Assembly: GCA_038087875.1 (NCBI GenBank) | Contig: CM075987.1 | Location: 24,616,001 to 24,680,000 of the forward strand | DNA length: 64,000 nt | Reading direction: 5' to 3' | Source of the DNA: Malacoraja senta | Lineage: Eukaryota | Shown here: positions 11,695 to 24,510 of the stretch, piece after piece | How the letters are laid out: the number at the start of each line of letters is the position of its first letter | How positions within the stretch are numbered: position 1 is the first letter of the stretch | Notes under the pieces: model-generated | The model's database searches: none | The model's input: the letters and a program-made list of their open reading frames with translations, nothing else | What the model was told of the DNA's origin: nothing | Made by a program: the position numbers and the translations under genes

Positions 11695-12072
11695 GTCAGA
11701 TGCTGGACTGGAGGGCGGCAGCTTCGGCAGCTTCGGCCACCCTGGGCCGCGGAGTTTGAACCGGCCCGTCGCGGACGGAGCAAGGATTCAGCCGCGGGAC
11801 TGACTTACCATCACCCGGCCGGGTCACATCGTCAGAAGCCTGGATCGCCTCAGCGCAGAGGGAGAACAAAGAGGGAAGAGACAGAGACTTTAAGACTTTT
11901 GCCTCCATCACAGTGAGGAGGTGCCTGGTGAACTCACTGTGGTGGATGTTAATTTGTGTTTATTGTGTGTTTTGTTATTTATTATATGTATGACTGCAGG
12001 CAAGGAAATTTCGTTCAGACCGAAAGGTCTGAATGACAAATAAAGGAATCTAAGTCTAAGTCTAAGTCTGAA
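11695..12072 (+). mobile_element. 5'-truncated copy of a GC-rich non-coding retroelement with Rex1/Babar-like tail
   Basis: Homologous to 31483-31850 in the opposite orientation. Ends atttcgtt..aatgacaaataaag(tctaag)n. Confidence 0.7.
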
Positions 12073-12214
12073 CCTGAAGATGGACACAAAATGCTGGAGT
12101 AACTCAGCGGGACAGGCAGCATCTCCGGAGAGAAGGAATGGGTGACGTTTCGGGTCGAGGCCCTTCTTCAGACTAGAAGTCTGGGGTCAAGTATAGAGCG
12201 TTCACGTCGCGACC

Positions 12215-13962
12215 TGCTATTGAATAACTACTTTGGTTCCGTCTTCACTAAGGAAGACATAAATAATCTGCCGGAAATAGCAGGGGGCCGCGGGTCAAAG
12301 GAGATGGAGGAACTGAGTGAAATCCAGGTTAGTCGGGAAGTGGTGTTGGGTAAATTGAATGGATTAAAGGCCGATAAATCACCAGGGCCAGATAGGCTGC
12401 ATCCCAGAGTACTTAAGGAAGTAGCTCCAGATATAGTGGATGCATTAGTGATAATTTTTCAAAATTCTTTAGATTCTGGAGTAGTTCCTGAGGATTGGAG
12501 GGTAGCAAACGTAACCCCACTTTTTAAGAAGGGAGGGAGAGAGAAAACGGGGAATTACAGACCAGTTAGTCTAACCTCGGTAGTGGGGAAACTGCTAGAG
12601 TCAGTTATTAAAGATGGGATAGCAGCACATTTGGAAAGTGGTGAAATCATTGGACAAAGTCAGCATGGATTTACGAAAGGTAAATCGTGTCTGACGAATC
12701 TTATAGAATTTTTCGAGGATGTAACTAGTAGAGTGGATAGGGGAGAACCAGTGGATGTGTTGTATCTGGACTTTCAGAAGGCTTTCGACAAGGTACCACA
12801 TAAGAGATTAGGATACAAACTTAAATCACACGGTATTGGGGGTTCAGTATTGATGTGGATAGAGAACTGGCTGGCAAACAGGAAGCAAAGAGTAGGAGTA
12901 AACGGTCCTTTTCACAATGGCAGGCAGTGACTAGTGGGGTACCGCAAGGCTCAGTACTGGGACCCCAGTTATTTACAATTTATATTAATGATCTGGACGA
13001 GGGAATTGAAAGCAACATCTCCAAGTTTGCGGATGACACTAAGCTGGGGGGCAGTGTTAGCTGTGAGGAGGATGCTAGGAGACTGCAAGGTGACTTGGAT
13101 AGGCTGGGTGAGTGGGCAAATGTTTGGCAGATGCAGTATAATGTGGATAAATGTGAGGTTATCCACTTTGGTGGCAAAAACGGGAAGGCAGACTATTATC
13201 TAAATGGTGGCCGATTAGGAAATGGGGAGGTGCAGCGAGACCTGGTTGTCATGGTACACCAGTCATTGAAAGTAGGCATGCAGGTGCAGCAGGCAGTGAA
13301 GAAAGCGAATGGTATGTTGGCCTTCATAGCAAGAGGATTTGAGTATAGGTGCAGGGAGGTTCTACTGCAGTTGTACAGGGTCTTGGTGAGACCACACCTG
13401 GAGTATTGCGTACAGTTTTGGCCTCCAAATCTGAGGAAGGACATTATAGCCATAGAGGGAGTGCAGAGAAGGTTCACCAGACTGATTCCTGGGATGTCAG
13501 GACTTTCATATGAAGAAAGACTGGATAGACTTGGCTTATACTCGCTAGAATTTAGGAGATTGAGAGGGGATCTTATAGAAACGTACAAAATTCTTATGGG
13601 GTTGGACAGGCTAGATGCAGGAAGATTGTTCCCGATGTTGGGGAAGTCCAGGACAAGGGGTCACAGCTTAAGGATAAGGGGGAAATCCTTTAAGACCGAG
13701 ATGAGGAAAAACTTTTTCACACAGAGAGTGGTGAATCTCTGGAACTCTCTGCCACAGAGGGTAGTTGAGGCCAGTTCATTGGCTATATTTAAGAGGGAGT
13801 TAGATGTGGCCCTTGTGGCTAAAGGGATCAGGGGGTATGGAGAGAAGGCAGGTACGGGATACTGAGTTGGATGATCAGCCATGATCATATTGAATGGCGG
13901 TGCAGGCTCGTAGGGCCGAATGGCCTACTCCTGCACCTATTTTCTATGTATCTATGTATCTA
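12215..13962 (+). mobile_element. CR1 LINE, 5'-truncated, RT ORF with one frameshift near 12905
   Basis: KSPGPD, NYRPVSLTS, QHGF, LDFQKAFDKV in frame 1. SGVPQGSVLGP and FADD in frame 2. CR1 3' UTR and (ATCTATGT)n tail. Confidence 0.95.
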
Positions 13963-14752
13963 TGGCCCTGTTTCCACCAATCTTACCACCACCACGCACA
14001 AGAAACGCAAGACAGACACCATTGTACGCACATGCCGAGAAGTGTGTTCGGCTCTGGCTGAACAACCTCTAATCTTGTGTGGGGAGTCGATAGCAAGAAG
14101 AAGACTGGAAGGCTGAAGTCTTTCAGATCACACAAACCTGGCCAAGCTCCCTTGCGCTACTTTTAACATCACGGCACCAACTTCCAGTAGAACGCCACCG
14201 TCTATCAGTTTGCTCATTACTATTTCAACTAGTCTCAATAAACATCCATGTCAGACTGCGATGTCATGGACAATCACTGGAAGCGCTTGTCAACATTTGA
14301 TTACATCTGGCTACACTTATGTTTTTTTTTTTTTTTAATGTATATTATATTTCCAAATGATTGTTCCTTTGCTTTTTTGTAAAACATTAAGTTTGATTCA
14401 AAGCTGACATTATTTTGCCAAGACAAAATGTTAATGGCAGTGGCGGGCGGGGGGGGGGGGGGGGGAGGGGGGGGGGGGGGAGATAAATGGTTGAAAGTAA
14501 GTTATTAACAGATGTTCTATACGTTTAGATCGAAACTTCAGACAGTTTGAGGTCCACTGAAGAGGTCTTTGGACGGGAGAAGCTGGCAGCTTATGAAGGA
14601 CACTGAATATATTGCCATCCACATTCTGATGGCAATCATATGGCATTTATCTGTGCCGTTCCTATCAATAACTACACCAGAAAGACTACTGCCATTAGTC
14701 TTTGGACAAATGGGACGAGCTTAGATGGGGCATTTTGGTCGGCATGGACGAG

Positions 14753-15068
14753 TTTAATTTAGTTTAGTTTAGAGATACAGAGCGGAAACAGGCCCTTCGG
14801 CCCATCGAGTCTGCACAGACCAGTGATCCCAGCACATGAACACCATCCTACACTGGGGACAATTTTTACATTTATACCAAGCCAATTAACCTACAAACCT
14901 GCAGGTCGTTGGAGAGTGGAAGGGAACTGGAGCACCCGGAGAAAACCCACATGGTCACGGGGAGAACGTACAAACTCCGTACAGACAAGCACCCATAGAT
15001 GGGATCGAGCCTGGGTCTCTGGCGCTGTAAGCGCTGCAAGGCAGCAACTCTACCGCTGCGCCACCGTG
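14753..15068 (-). mobile_element. V-SINE (HE1-like)
   Basis: Full-length reverse copy of the family. Confidence 0.9.
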
Positions 15069-15359
15069 ATGCCCCTGACAGGCCTGTTTCCATGTTTTAT
15101 AACTCCATGCATTGCAAATGTATTTTGTTATTCAGAGAGAATATTGTTTTCTCATTACAACGAACAAGGGAATGCCCTATTTTATAAATAAAAACATAAA
15201 GAATAAAGATATAGAGAATCTTTATTTTTTACGAGAACATATATCTAGAAATGAGTTACACAACCTCTTGCACTTCTTGTGGTTTTTACATTCAAGCACC
15301 ATTTCAATCATTTAGGCAGTACAACATCAACTGTGCAGGAAAGCTTACAGAGAGTGTAC

Positions 15360-15718
15360 AGTGGTGCAGCGGTAGAGTTGCTGCCTCACAGCGCCAGAGA
15401 CTCAGGTTCGATCCTGACTGCGGGTGCTTGTCTGTACGGAGTTTGTACGTTCTCCCTGTTTAGCTTAGAGATACAGCGCGGAAACAGGCCCTTCATCCCA
15501 CCGAGTCCACACCGACCAGCGATCCCCACACACTAACACTATCCTACACACACTAGGGAAAATTTACACTTATACCAAGCCAATTAGCCTACGTCTTTGG
15601 AGTGAGGGAGGAAACCGGAGATCCCAGAGAAAACCCACGTAGGTCACGGAAAGGACGTACAAATTCCGTACAGACAAGCACCCGCAGTCAGGATCGAACC
15701 CGTGTTTCTGCTGCTGTA
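15360..15718. mobile_element. Two partial V-SINEs joined in opposite orientation
   Basis: + strand 5' half at 15360-15457, followed directly by a - strand copy at 15458-15718. Confidence 0.8.
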
Positions 15719-15860
15719 GCTTAGTCTTTGAAGCTTATTCTCTATCACAGATTTATTGAGTGTTCCCTTTCATCGTCCAAACAGTGAGAAAGAGGATGAA
15801 TGGAATTGCAACACAAACTAGCACTGACTCAATATTAAACAAATATGAATGAATGATTTA

Positions 15861-16085
15861 AGGGCCTGTCCCACTTTCACGACCTAATTCACAACCTTTT
15901 TTACTCGTGGACATTTTTCATCAGGCTTAAAAAAACGCCGCCACCTACTTGATGCCACGAGTACCTACGACTAGCATCACGACTTGCTACGACCTACCTA
16001 CGACCTCCTACGACCATGCTGCGAGTATGTCAAGGGCAAACTCGGCAGAGGTCGTGAATTAGGTCGTGAAAGTGGGACAGGGGCT
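15861..16085. mobile_element. PIF/Harbinger-type MITE
   Basis: agggcctgtcccactttcacgacctaattcac / gtgaattaggtcgtgaaagtgggacaggggct with TTA target duplication. Confidence 0.88.
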
Positions 16086-17044
16086 TTACTTTTCTTCAAG
16101 ACTTCACATGGTACTAGCTGCTGAAAGAGTCCTTTTCTCCATAGATGCTGCCTGACCCGCTGAGCTACTCCAGCAGTTTGTGTCTATCTTCGGTGTAAAC
16201 CAGCATCTGCAGTTCCTTCCTACACAGCGTTAAAGAGCCAATTGCCACATTGAGAAGTACATGTAAATTTTTAATTTTTTTTTTCAGATTTGAGTTGTTT
16301 TGTCTTGAGTCGGGGTAATGGCCAGATGTAATAATTATGAGTTGTGTCGATTTTCTTTTGTCCAAATATACATATTTTTTGGCAGCTGATCAGAAGCATA
16401 GAAATTAGTTCAGATCTCATCTATTCTAACACGTAAATGATTGCCCGAGAGGTTCTGAGAAAATGATGATCAAATACATATTTGAACAAATCCCACACAT
16501 GTTCATATTAACCGGAATGAGCACAGATCACCATCTGGGTGAGTGAATTGGATAACATGGCAAGTTAACAGTGGATGTAATTCTTTCCTTGCGTTTTCTA
16601 TCTGTACCAATTTACAGTCAGGGAGAGAGAGAGATTTCCCAGCCAAATAACAATGGTAGTTCCTTTCCAAGGGAGAGGGTGCAGTCACACTGGTGGAGGT
16701 GGAGATTGATAGGTTCTTGATTAGTACGGATGTCAAGGGTTTGTAGGGAGAAGGCAGGAGATGGGGTTGAGAGGTAAAGGTGGATCAGCCGTATTGAATG
16801 GAGGAATAGACATGATGGGCCGATTGGACTCATTCTGCTTCTACAAGTCATGAACACCTCCCAATGAGAGGTTTGGTTATGGTTACACCATTGCATGTCA
16901 AGAGGGGACCCTCAGACTCTCTACCCTTGGAAAGTCACTTAAATTGCCCCAAACATGAACGAGATATTGGACTTGGCGCATCTATACATGGGATGTTTCG
17001 TTAGCTGAGCATTTGTAAATTAGCCTGAACATTTGTACTGCTGG

Positions 17045-17334
17045 GTGAGTTGCTGCCTTCCAGCACCAGAGACCCGGCTTCAATCCTGACCACGGGTGCT
17101 GTCTGTACGGAGTTTGTACGTTCTCCCCGTGAACGTGTGGGTTTTCTCCAGATGCTCCGGTTTTCTCCCACACTCCAAAGACTTGCAGGTCTGTTGGCTA
17201 GTTGGCTTTGGTATAAATGTAAAATTGCCCCTAGTGTGGGTAGGATAGTGTTAGTGTGCGGGGATCGCTGGTCGGCGCAGACTCGGTGGGCCGAAGGGCC
17301 TGTTTCCGCGCTGTATCTCTAAACTAAACTAAAC
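17045..17334 (+). mobile_element. V-SINE (HE1-like)
   Basis: Family sequence with (CTAAA)n tail. Confidence 0.88.
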
Positions 17335-18344
17335 TTCAGATCTAGAGATAAAGGCATGATCACAACGAGACAGCTGATGATAGTTGGCCTCGGAAAATGT
17401 TCCATGTAACTCTCAGGTGAATAATTGGACTCTGTTTGTCTGGCGATATCCTCAGAGAAGATCCAGTGAGCATAAAAATACTTTTCATATTTCCCCAATG
17501 AACAACTAATTAGCTTTATGACCAGCTGGGAAAGTGAATGCTCTTAACTACCATTTTACGAAGTGACGAGTGAACCATTAACATAATTCTGTTCAAGCTT
17601 CGATGAAAGGGAATCTTAAAAAAAAAAAGAATCTTAAACCAGAGACTCAAAGGCAATTGAACTGTTTCTGAGTGAAAACAAAATTTGTATGAAAGAAAAT
17701 TCCAAAGAAATGTAGATTTCTCACATTCACTGGAAAAATTCACCAGCGTTATTCAATTGAGAAATTTTCAATTGTACGGAATTGGATCACAAGGTTATGC
17801 ATTATTCTGGCATTATGCACAAGCAGGCACCAAATAATCAAAACTTTTGACAGGTTTCAGCTGTTGTCTTGCCAAGATTATAGACAGAACTTTAAAAACG
17901 TCCCATTTGTTTCCTAATATAATGTTCACATTATTTTTTTATCATCCTCCAGAAACTTGCTAAAATACATTCAGACAATTAGCAGTACTTAAAATTCTGA
18001 CTTTTGGATCAGAACTGTCTTTCTTGGTCTGCCCCTGTCTGCTTCCAATGTTCAGGTTTGTTCTGTTCTGCACTAAGTTCCTGACAGATCATTTGGACCC
18101 GTGTCCACCCACCCTCCACACTAACCTGGATGAGACCTCCTGTCATTCAGCAGCCAAGGCAAGTCAGTAACAGTTCTGCAGGGGAAATTGATGTGGAATG
18201 TAGCAGGCAGACAATGAAACCAAACCAATGGATGAGTTTTGTGTTAATCTCACACACCATCCGTCTGCAGACAGCAGACACTCCTCGTGCAGTGAAAAAG
18301 ACGAATCATGACTTTTCATGATATTGCTCCCTATGTTATGGTTG

Positions 18345-19010
18345 AGGCGCGGTGGCGCAGCGGTAGAGTTGCTGCCTTAAAGCGCCAGAGACCCGGGTTC
18401 GATCCCATACTACGGGTGCTGTCTGTACGGAGTTTGTACCTTCTCCCCATGACCTGCGTGGGTATTACTCCGGTTTCCTCCCGCACTCCAAAGACGTACA
18501 GGTTTGTAGATTAGACAAAAATGCTGGAGTAACTCAGCGGGTGCAGCAGCATCTATGGAGCAAAGGAAATGCTGCTGCACCCGCTGAGTTTCTCCAACAT
18601 TTTGTCCACCTTCCATTTTCCAGCATCTGCAGTTCCTTCTTAAACAGGTTTGTAGATTAATTGGCTTTGGTAAAATTGTAAATTATCTCCAGCGTGTGTA
18701 GGATAGTGTTATGGGCCTGACCCACTTAGGCGATCTTTTAGGCGACTGCCAGCGACTAGGACAATGGAATTCACCGAAGTCAGCACCGGCAACAATCTAC
18801 GTCACCTGGCGACATGCCATGTTAACCTGGCGACAACCTACAACAGCCCAAATTGTCGCCACTGTTGCCACTGTCGCCAAAAACTTTTGTTGATATTTTT
18901 TTCGGCAGTCGCCTGTAGTCGCCTAAAAAATGGCCTAAGTGGGACAGGCCCTTAAGTGTACAGGGTAATCGTAGGCCCTGTTTCCGCGCTGTATCTTTAA
19001 GCTAAGCTAA
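18345..19010 (+). mobile_element. V-SINE interrupted by a Penelope-derived hairpin (18514-18643) and a Harbinger-type MITE (18712-18952)
   Basis: SINE sequence resumes after each insert. 16-bp duplication acaggtttgtagatta flanks the first insert. TIR tgggcctgacccactta / taagtgggacaggccct bounds the second. Confidence 0.85.
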
Positions 19011-19224
19011 TATAAGCATCTGCCTGCAGATAGCAGGGACTCTCTTTAAAATGAAAAAGAAGGAATCATGTCTTTACAGAATATTGCACCCGATATCTTT
19101 GTTGAGATGACCGAAGTGAATGTTTTAAACACATGCAGTTCTTTGTTCATTGAAGTATTCCTTGATTTGCCACAATGACTCACAATTTAGTGTGAATACC
19201 TAGAACTAAAGTGCGTGGTATTGT

Positions 19225-20560
19225 AGACAGTGGAGATGGTTATGAAATATTGCAGCAGGATCTTGATCGGTTGGGCAGGTGGGCTGAGGAATGGTTGATG
19301 GAATTTAATACAGAGACATTTGAGGTATTGCATATTGGAAGGTCTAACAAGGGCAGAACTTAGACAGTGAATGGTAGGGTTTTGTGGAGACTTGTAGAGC
19401 AGACTCCTACAGTAGGAGTCAGGTACATAATTCCTTGAAAGTAACATCACAGGTAGCTAGGGTGCTCAAACGGCTTCAGGCACATTGGTCTACATCAGTA
19501 AGAGTATTGAGTGCAGACGTTGAGAGGTCATGTTGCAGTTGTATAAGATGTTGGTGAGGCCACATTTAGAGTATTTTGTTCAGCTTTGGGCACCACATTA
19601 TAGTAACGATGTTGTCAAGCTGGAAAAGGTGGAAATAAGATTCACAAGAATGTTGCCAGGTCTTGAGGACATGAGCTATAGGGAGTGGTTGACCAGGCTA
19701 GGGCTTTATTCGTTGGCGTGCAGGTGGATGAGGGGTGATCTTATAGAGGTGTACAAAATTATGAGGGGTGTACATCAGATAAATGCACAGTCTTTTGCCC
19801 AGAGTAGGGGAATTGAGAACCAGAGGACATAGGTTTAAGATGATGCAAGAAAGATATTATAGGAACTTGAGGGGTAACTTTTTGACACAAAGGGTGGTGG
19901 GTGAATGAAACAAGCTTCCGGAGGAGGTAGTTGAGGCTGGGACTATTGCAACGCTTAAGAAACATTTAGACAGGTACATGGATAGGACAGGTTTAGATGG
20001 ATATGAGCCATTCCCACACTGACCTTTCTGTCCTGGGCCTCCTCCATTGTCAGAGTGAGAACCAGCGCAAATTGGAGGAACAGCACCTCATATTTTGCTT
20101 GGGCAGCTTACACCCCAGCAGTATGAATAGTGACGTCTCTAATTTCAAGTACCCTTGCTTTCCCTCTCTCTCCATCCCTCCCCCCTTCCCAGTTTTCCGA
20201 CCAGTCCGACTGTCCTCGACTACATTCTATCTCTGTTTGCTTTGTCGTTACCTTGTCCGAGCTAACGATGACCTATTCTACATTTTCCTTGATTTCCGCC
20301 CCCTTTGTCTCATTTTCACACCTTGCCCTCCCTTATCTCTGTATCTCCCTCTCCCCTGACCGTCTGAGGAAGGGTCTCTTCCCGAAACATCACCCATTCC
20401 TTCCCTCCAGAGAAGCTGCCTGTCCCGCTGAGTTACTCCAGCATTTTGTGTCTATTTTGGGGGCCAAACGCAGGGAAGTGGGACTAGTGTAGATGGGGGC
20501 AAGTCGGTCGGAGTGGGCAAGTTGGCTGTAGGGCCTGTATTCACATTGTATGCCTCTGTG
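19225..20560 (+). mobile_element. Older CR1 (HER1-like) LINE 3' fragment interrupted by a Penelope-like element
   Basis: MLQLYKMLVRPHLEYFVQLWAP..RFTRMLPG..RGDLIEVYKIM at 19530..19832. The 3' UTR resumes at about 20460. Confidence 0.85.
20007..20457 (+). mobile_element. Penelope-like retroelement 3' end (GIY-YIG endonuclease C-terminus plus pseudo-LTR)
   Basis: HSHTDLSVLGLLHCQSENQRKLEEQHLIFCLGSLHPSSMN matches the R..E...I..L.SL.P.GMN C-terminus of PLE GIY-YIG domains. Confidence 0.85.
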
Positions 20561-20905
20561 ACTCCAGTTGATTCAGCTCTGTTGAGAATGTTTAGCAGAA
20601 CAGGCCTTGACATTCAAAAATAACAACGTAAGCACATATCCAGTTGATGTATGTCCACAAGATTCCTTTTAAACGACTGCACAGTGAGGTCATTGATATG
20701 CATAAGGCACTGAAAATGATAAGCTTATAAGGCACGGTATTGTTTTAATTCTCAAAGGTTCAATAACAGTTGTGTATAACAGATCATTGAACGCAGCAAC
20801 AATGTTAATTGGTATCCACATTGTAGTAAACAGGATTTCACTGAGATTCAAGCTTTTGCATTGATACCATATCCAATGTAGAATAGTTTGCACAACTACC
20901 TTTAA

Positions 20906-21605
20906 ACATAGAAACATAGAAAATAGGTGCAGGAGTAGGCCATTCGGCCCTTCGAGCCTGCACCGCCATTCAATATGATCATGGCTGATCATCCAACTCA
21001 GTATCCTGTACCTGCCTTCTCTCCATACCCCCTGATCCCTTTAGCCACAAGGGCCACATCTAACTCCCTCTTAAATATAGCCAATGAACTGGCCTCAACT
21101 ACCTTCTGTGGCAGAGAGTTCCAGAGATTCACCACTCTCTGTGTGAAAAATGTTTTTCTCATCTCGGTCCTAAAGGAATTCCCCTTTATCCTTAAACTGT
21201 GTGACCCCTTGTCCTGGACTTCCCCAACATCGGGAACAATCTTCCTGCATCTAGCCTGTCCAACCCCTTAAGAATTTTGTGAGTTTCTATAAGATCCCCC
21301 CTCAATCTTCTAAATTCCAGCGAGTACAAGCCGAGTCTATCCATCTCTGGAACTCTCTGCCACAGAGGGTAGTTGAGGCCAGTTCATTGGCTATATTTAA
21401 GAGGGAGTTAGATGTGGCCCTTGTGGCTAAAGGGATCAGGGGGTATGGAGAGAAGGCAGGTACGGGATACTGAGTTGGATGATCAGCCATGATCATATTG
21501 AATGGCGGTGCAGGCTCCAAGGGCCGAATGGCCTACTCCTGCACCTATTTTCTATGTATCTATGTATCTATCCAGTCTTTCTTCATATGAAAGTCCTGAC
21601 ACTCC
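20906..21605 (-). mobile_element. CR1 3' fragment with an oppositely oriented CR1 3' end (21344-21566) inserted in it
   Basis: Duplication tctatcca at 21336-21343 and 21567-21574. The host sequence resumes after the insert. Confidence 0.88.
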
Positions 21606-21650
21606 CTTATCTCTGTATAAGGGATATCTTATATAAAGGGATATCTACCT

Positions 21651-21968
21651 TAGTTCTAGTTTAGTTTAGTTTTAGAGATACAGCGCGGAAACAGGCCCTT
21701 TGACCCACCCAGTCCCCGCCGACCAGCGATCCCTGCACACAAACACTGCCCTGCACACACACGGGACTATTTACATTTTATACCAAGCCAATTGACCTAC
21801 AAACCTGTACGTCTTTGGAGTGTGGGAGGAAACCGGAGCTCCCGGAGAAAACCCACGCAGGTCACGGGGAGAAGGTACAAACTCCATACAGGCAGCATCT
21901 GCAGTCAGGATCAACCCCGGGTCTCCGGTGCTGTGAGGCAGCAACTCTACCGCTGCTCCACACCGCCG
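21651..21968 (-). mobile_element. V-SINE (HE1-like)
   Basis: Family sequence. Confidence 0.88.
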
Positions 21969-22619
21969 CACTTTACACTGCACATTTTCTATCGCCAAAA
22001 GCTCACGATATTTTCTTAAATTTGTAAACAAATTGCAGTTGCAGTAGCCCGAGCAAAGGGGAAATGTGTGCTGAGGCACATTGTGCAGCCTGAACCAATT
22101 TATTTAATTTGAAAGTTGTGCTTAAGACATATTTACACAAGTACAACTCGATAAATGGGGCTGCTTCCATCTGCAAACTGTTTGTGTTATAATAACGCTA
22201 GGTTTCTGCTACTCTGCGCGCCATATGGGAATGTCCCATGATACATATTGTGTGGTAGATGCTTTTCAGGACCTTTGGCTTTTGTCAGTTCCAGATCCCC
22301 CTCGCCAGCAAACTTGCTGTGTGCAGTTACAGACTTTCAACCTTCTATTGATGTTACCGAGATTTCTCTCCCTTGATTTTCTGAGGTCTCCCTATTCTCC
22401 GCCATCCTAACATCAATTGGTGATTAGCTCGAATGTCAGGGGTTATGGGGAGAGGACGGGGAATGGGGTTGGCTTGGAAAGATAGATCAGCCATGATTGA
22501 AATGGAGGAGCAGGCTCAATGGGCCGAATGGCCTCATTCTGCTCTTATAACCGATGACCATATGAGTTGCTGGGCCTTATTTTCAGCCAGGAACATATCT
22601 TGAAACTGAACCAAGATGT

Positions 22620-22815
22620 TGTAAAAAGGAACTGCAGATGCCAGCTTATACCAAAGTTGGACACAAAATGCTGGAGTAACTCAGCGGGTCGGGCGACATC
22701 TCTGGAGAAAATGGATAGGTGACGTTTTGTGTCGGGACCCTTCTTCAGAACGTCACCTATCCATTTGCTCCAGAGATGCCGCCTGACCCGCTGAGTTACT
22801 CCAGCATTTTGTGTC
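22620..22815. mobile_element. Penelope-derived palindromic element
   Basis: Inverted arms acacaaaatgctggagtaactcagcgggtc / gacccgctgagttactccagcattttgtgt. Confidence 0.8.
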
Positions 22816-23739
22816 TCACCCCAAAAAGATGTATTCTGTAATCCCAACAAAGTGGAGTTTCTCCAGCACAGGCATTTGTGAAATGTGGATTTCTCTCTTT
22901 GAATAGAGATCTCAGTGGCTCCCGACATAGAGCAAGTGTTGTTAGGAGGCAACCTGGATAGAGGCAGATGCAAGGTATTTGATTTCCCCAGCCACTGGCA
23001 ATGTGGCCATGACTCCACTGAAGGGGGTGCTGTAGGTGGCAGATTTCAACGAGGATATCCTACCTGAAGCCTCAAACCCAATTCATCGTTGACACCAAGC
23101 CAAGTGCATTTCTCGCTGAATATCCTGGAAAAATGCAAGTCGCCTGCGGAGAGCCATCCACCTCCTCCCCAAATCTCCCCCCTTTCCTCGTTCAGAAGCT
23201 TCCCCTGCTCTCCATCCCAACTCAACAAGTCGTGTTGTAAGGAAGTGTTGGACTAATTTCTGGAAACAATTATGTGCGCAAAAGACCGGGAGTTGCCAAA
23301 CACCCCTTCAACACGCATCGCGCCAGTCCAGGGAGAGATCTGCAACGCAGAACATGCACATGAAGTAGTGTACACTGGTTCAATCAAACCCAAGGCCCAA
23401 AGAAAATAATTAGCAAGCTCCTTGAAAGCAGTTGATCATCCAGTTCAGTTTAGTTTATTGTCACGCGTACCGAGGTACAGTGAAAAGCGTTGTGTTTAGT
23501 TTAGCTCATAAGATTAAAAGAGATCGGAAACAGAATTAGGCCATTCGGCCCATCATGTCTACTCCGCCATTCAATCATGGCTGACCTATCTCTCCCTCCT
23601 AACCCCATTCTCCTGCTTTCTCCCCTTAACCTCTGACACATGTACGAATCAAGAATCTATCTATCCCTGCCTTAAATATATCCACTGACTTGGCCTCCAC
23701 AACCTTCTGTGGCAAAGAATTCCACAGATTCACCACCAG

Positions 23740-24510
23740 TTTTTTTAGTTTGGAGATACAACGTGGAAACAGGCCCTAGTCCGCGCCAACCAGCGATCCC
23801 CCCGTACACCCAGCACTATCCTACACACACTAGGGACAATTTACAATTTTACTGAAGCCAATTAGCCTACAAACCTGCACGTCTTTCGAGTGTGGGAGGA
23901 AACCGGAGCACCTGGAGACAACCCATGCAGGTCACGTGGAGAACGTACAAACTCCGTACAGTCAACACCCGCAGTCAGGATCGAACCGGAGTTTCTGGTG
24001 CTGTTAAGGGGCTGTCCCACTTGGGCGACCTAATTGGCGAATTTAGAAGAGTTTTAAAAAATGACATGTTGAAGACCTCCTTCGACTATGTTGAAGACCA
24101 GCTACGACTAGCTACAACTAACTTCGGGAAAATTGGACACCGAATAGTGGAGAGTGAAGACGACCTCCTTCGATCTCCTTCGACTGTGATGAAGACTATC
24201 TACGACTACCTTCGACTACCTACGACTAACATGCCGACCTACTACGACTAAACCCACGAGTAAAAAAAGTATCGATTTTTCCATGGGACCATTTTTTACT
24301 CGCGGGCATTTTTTAACATGTTGAAAAATACGTTGCGACCTAGCTGAGGCCTCGAGAACGCGGAGACCACTCTCGAGCATGAAGGAGAGTTACGAAGACC
24401 TACGACCTCGTGTCGACCATGCTGCGAGTATGAGTCGAGGGCAAACTCGCCAGAACTCGCGGATCAGGTCGCCCAAGTGGGACGGGCCCTTCAGGCAGCA
24501 ACTCTACCAC
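23740..24510 (-). mobile_element. V-SINE interrupted by a Harbinger-type MITE
   Basis: SINE at 23740-24003 resumes at about 24491 (ggcagcaactctacc). Confidence 0.82.
24007..24490. mobile_element. PIF/Harbinger-type MITE
   Basis: aggggctgtcccacttgggcgacct / aggtcgcccaagtgggacgggccct. The target duplication is imperfect (TTA/TCA). Confidence 0.85.

Noticed and set aside
14449..14480. Poly-G run as a functional G-quadruplex
   Set aside because: A simple homopolymer tract with no contextual support, whose length may also be a sequencing artefact.
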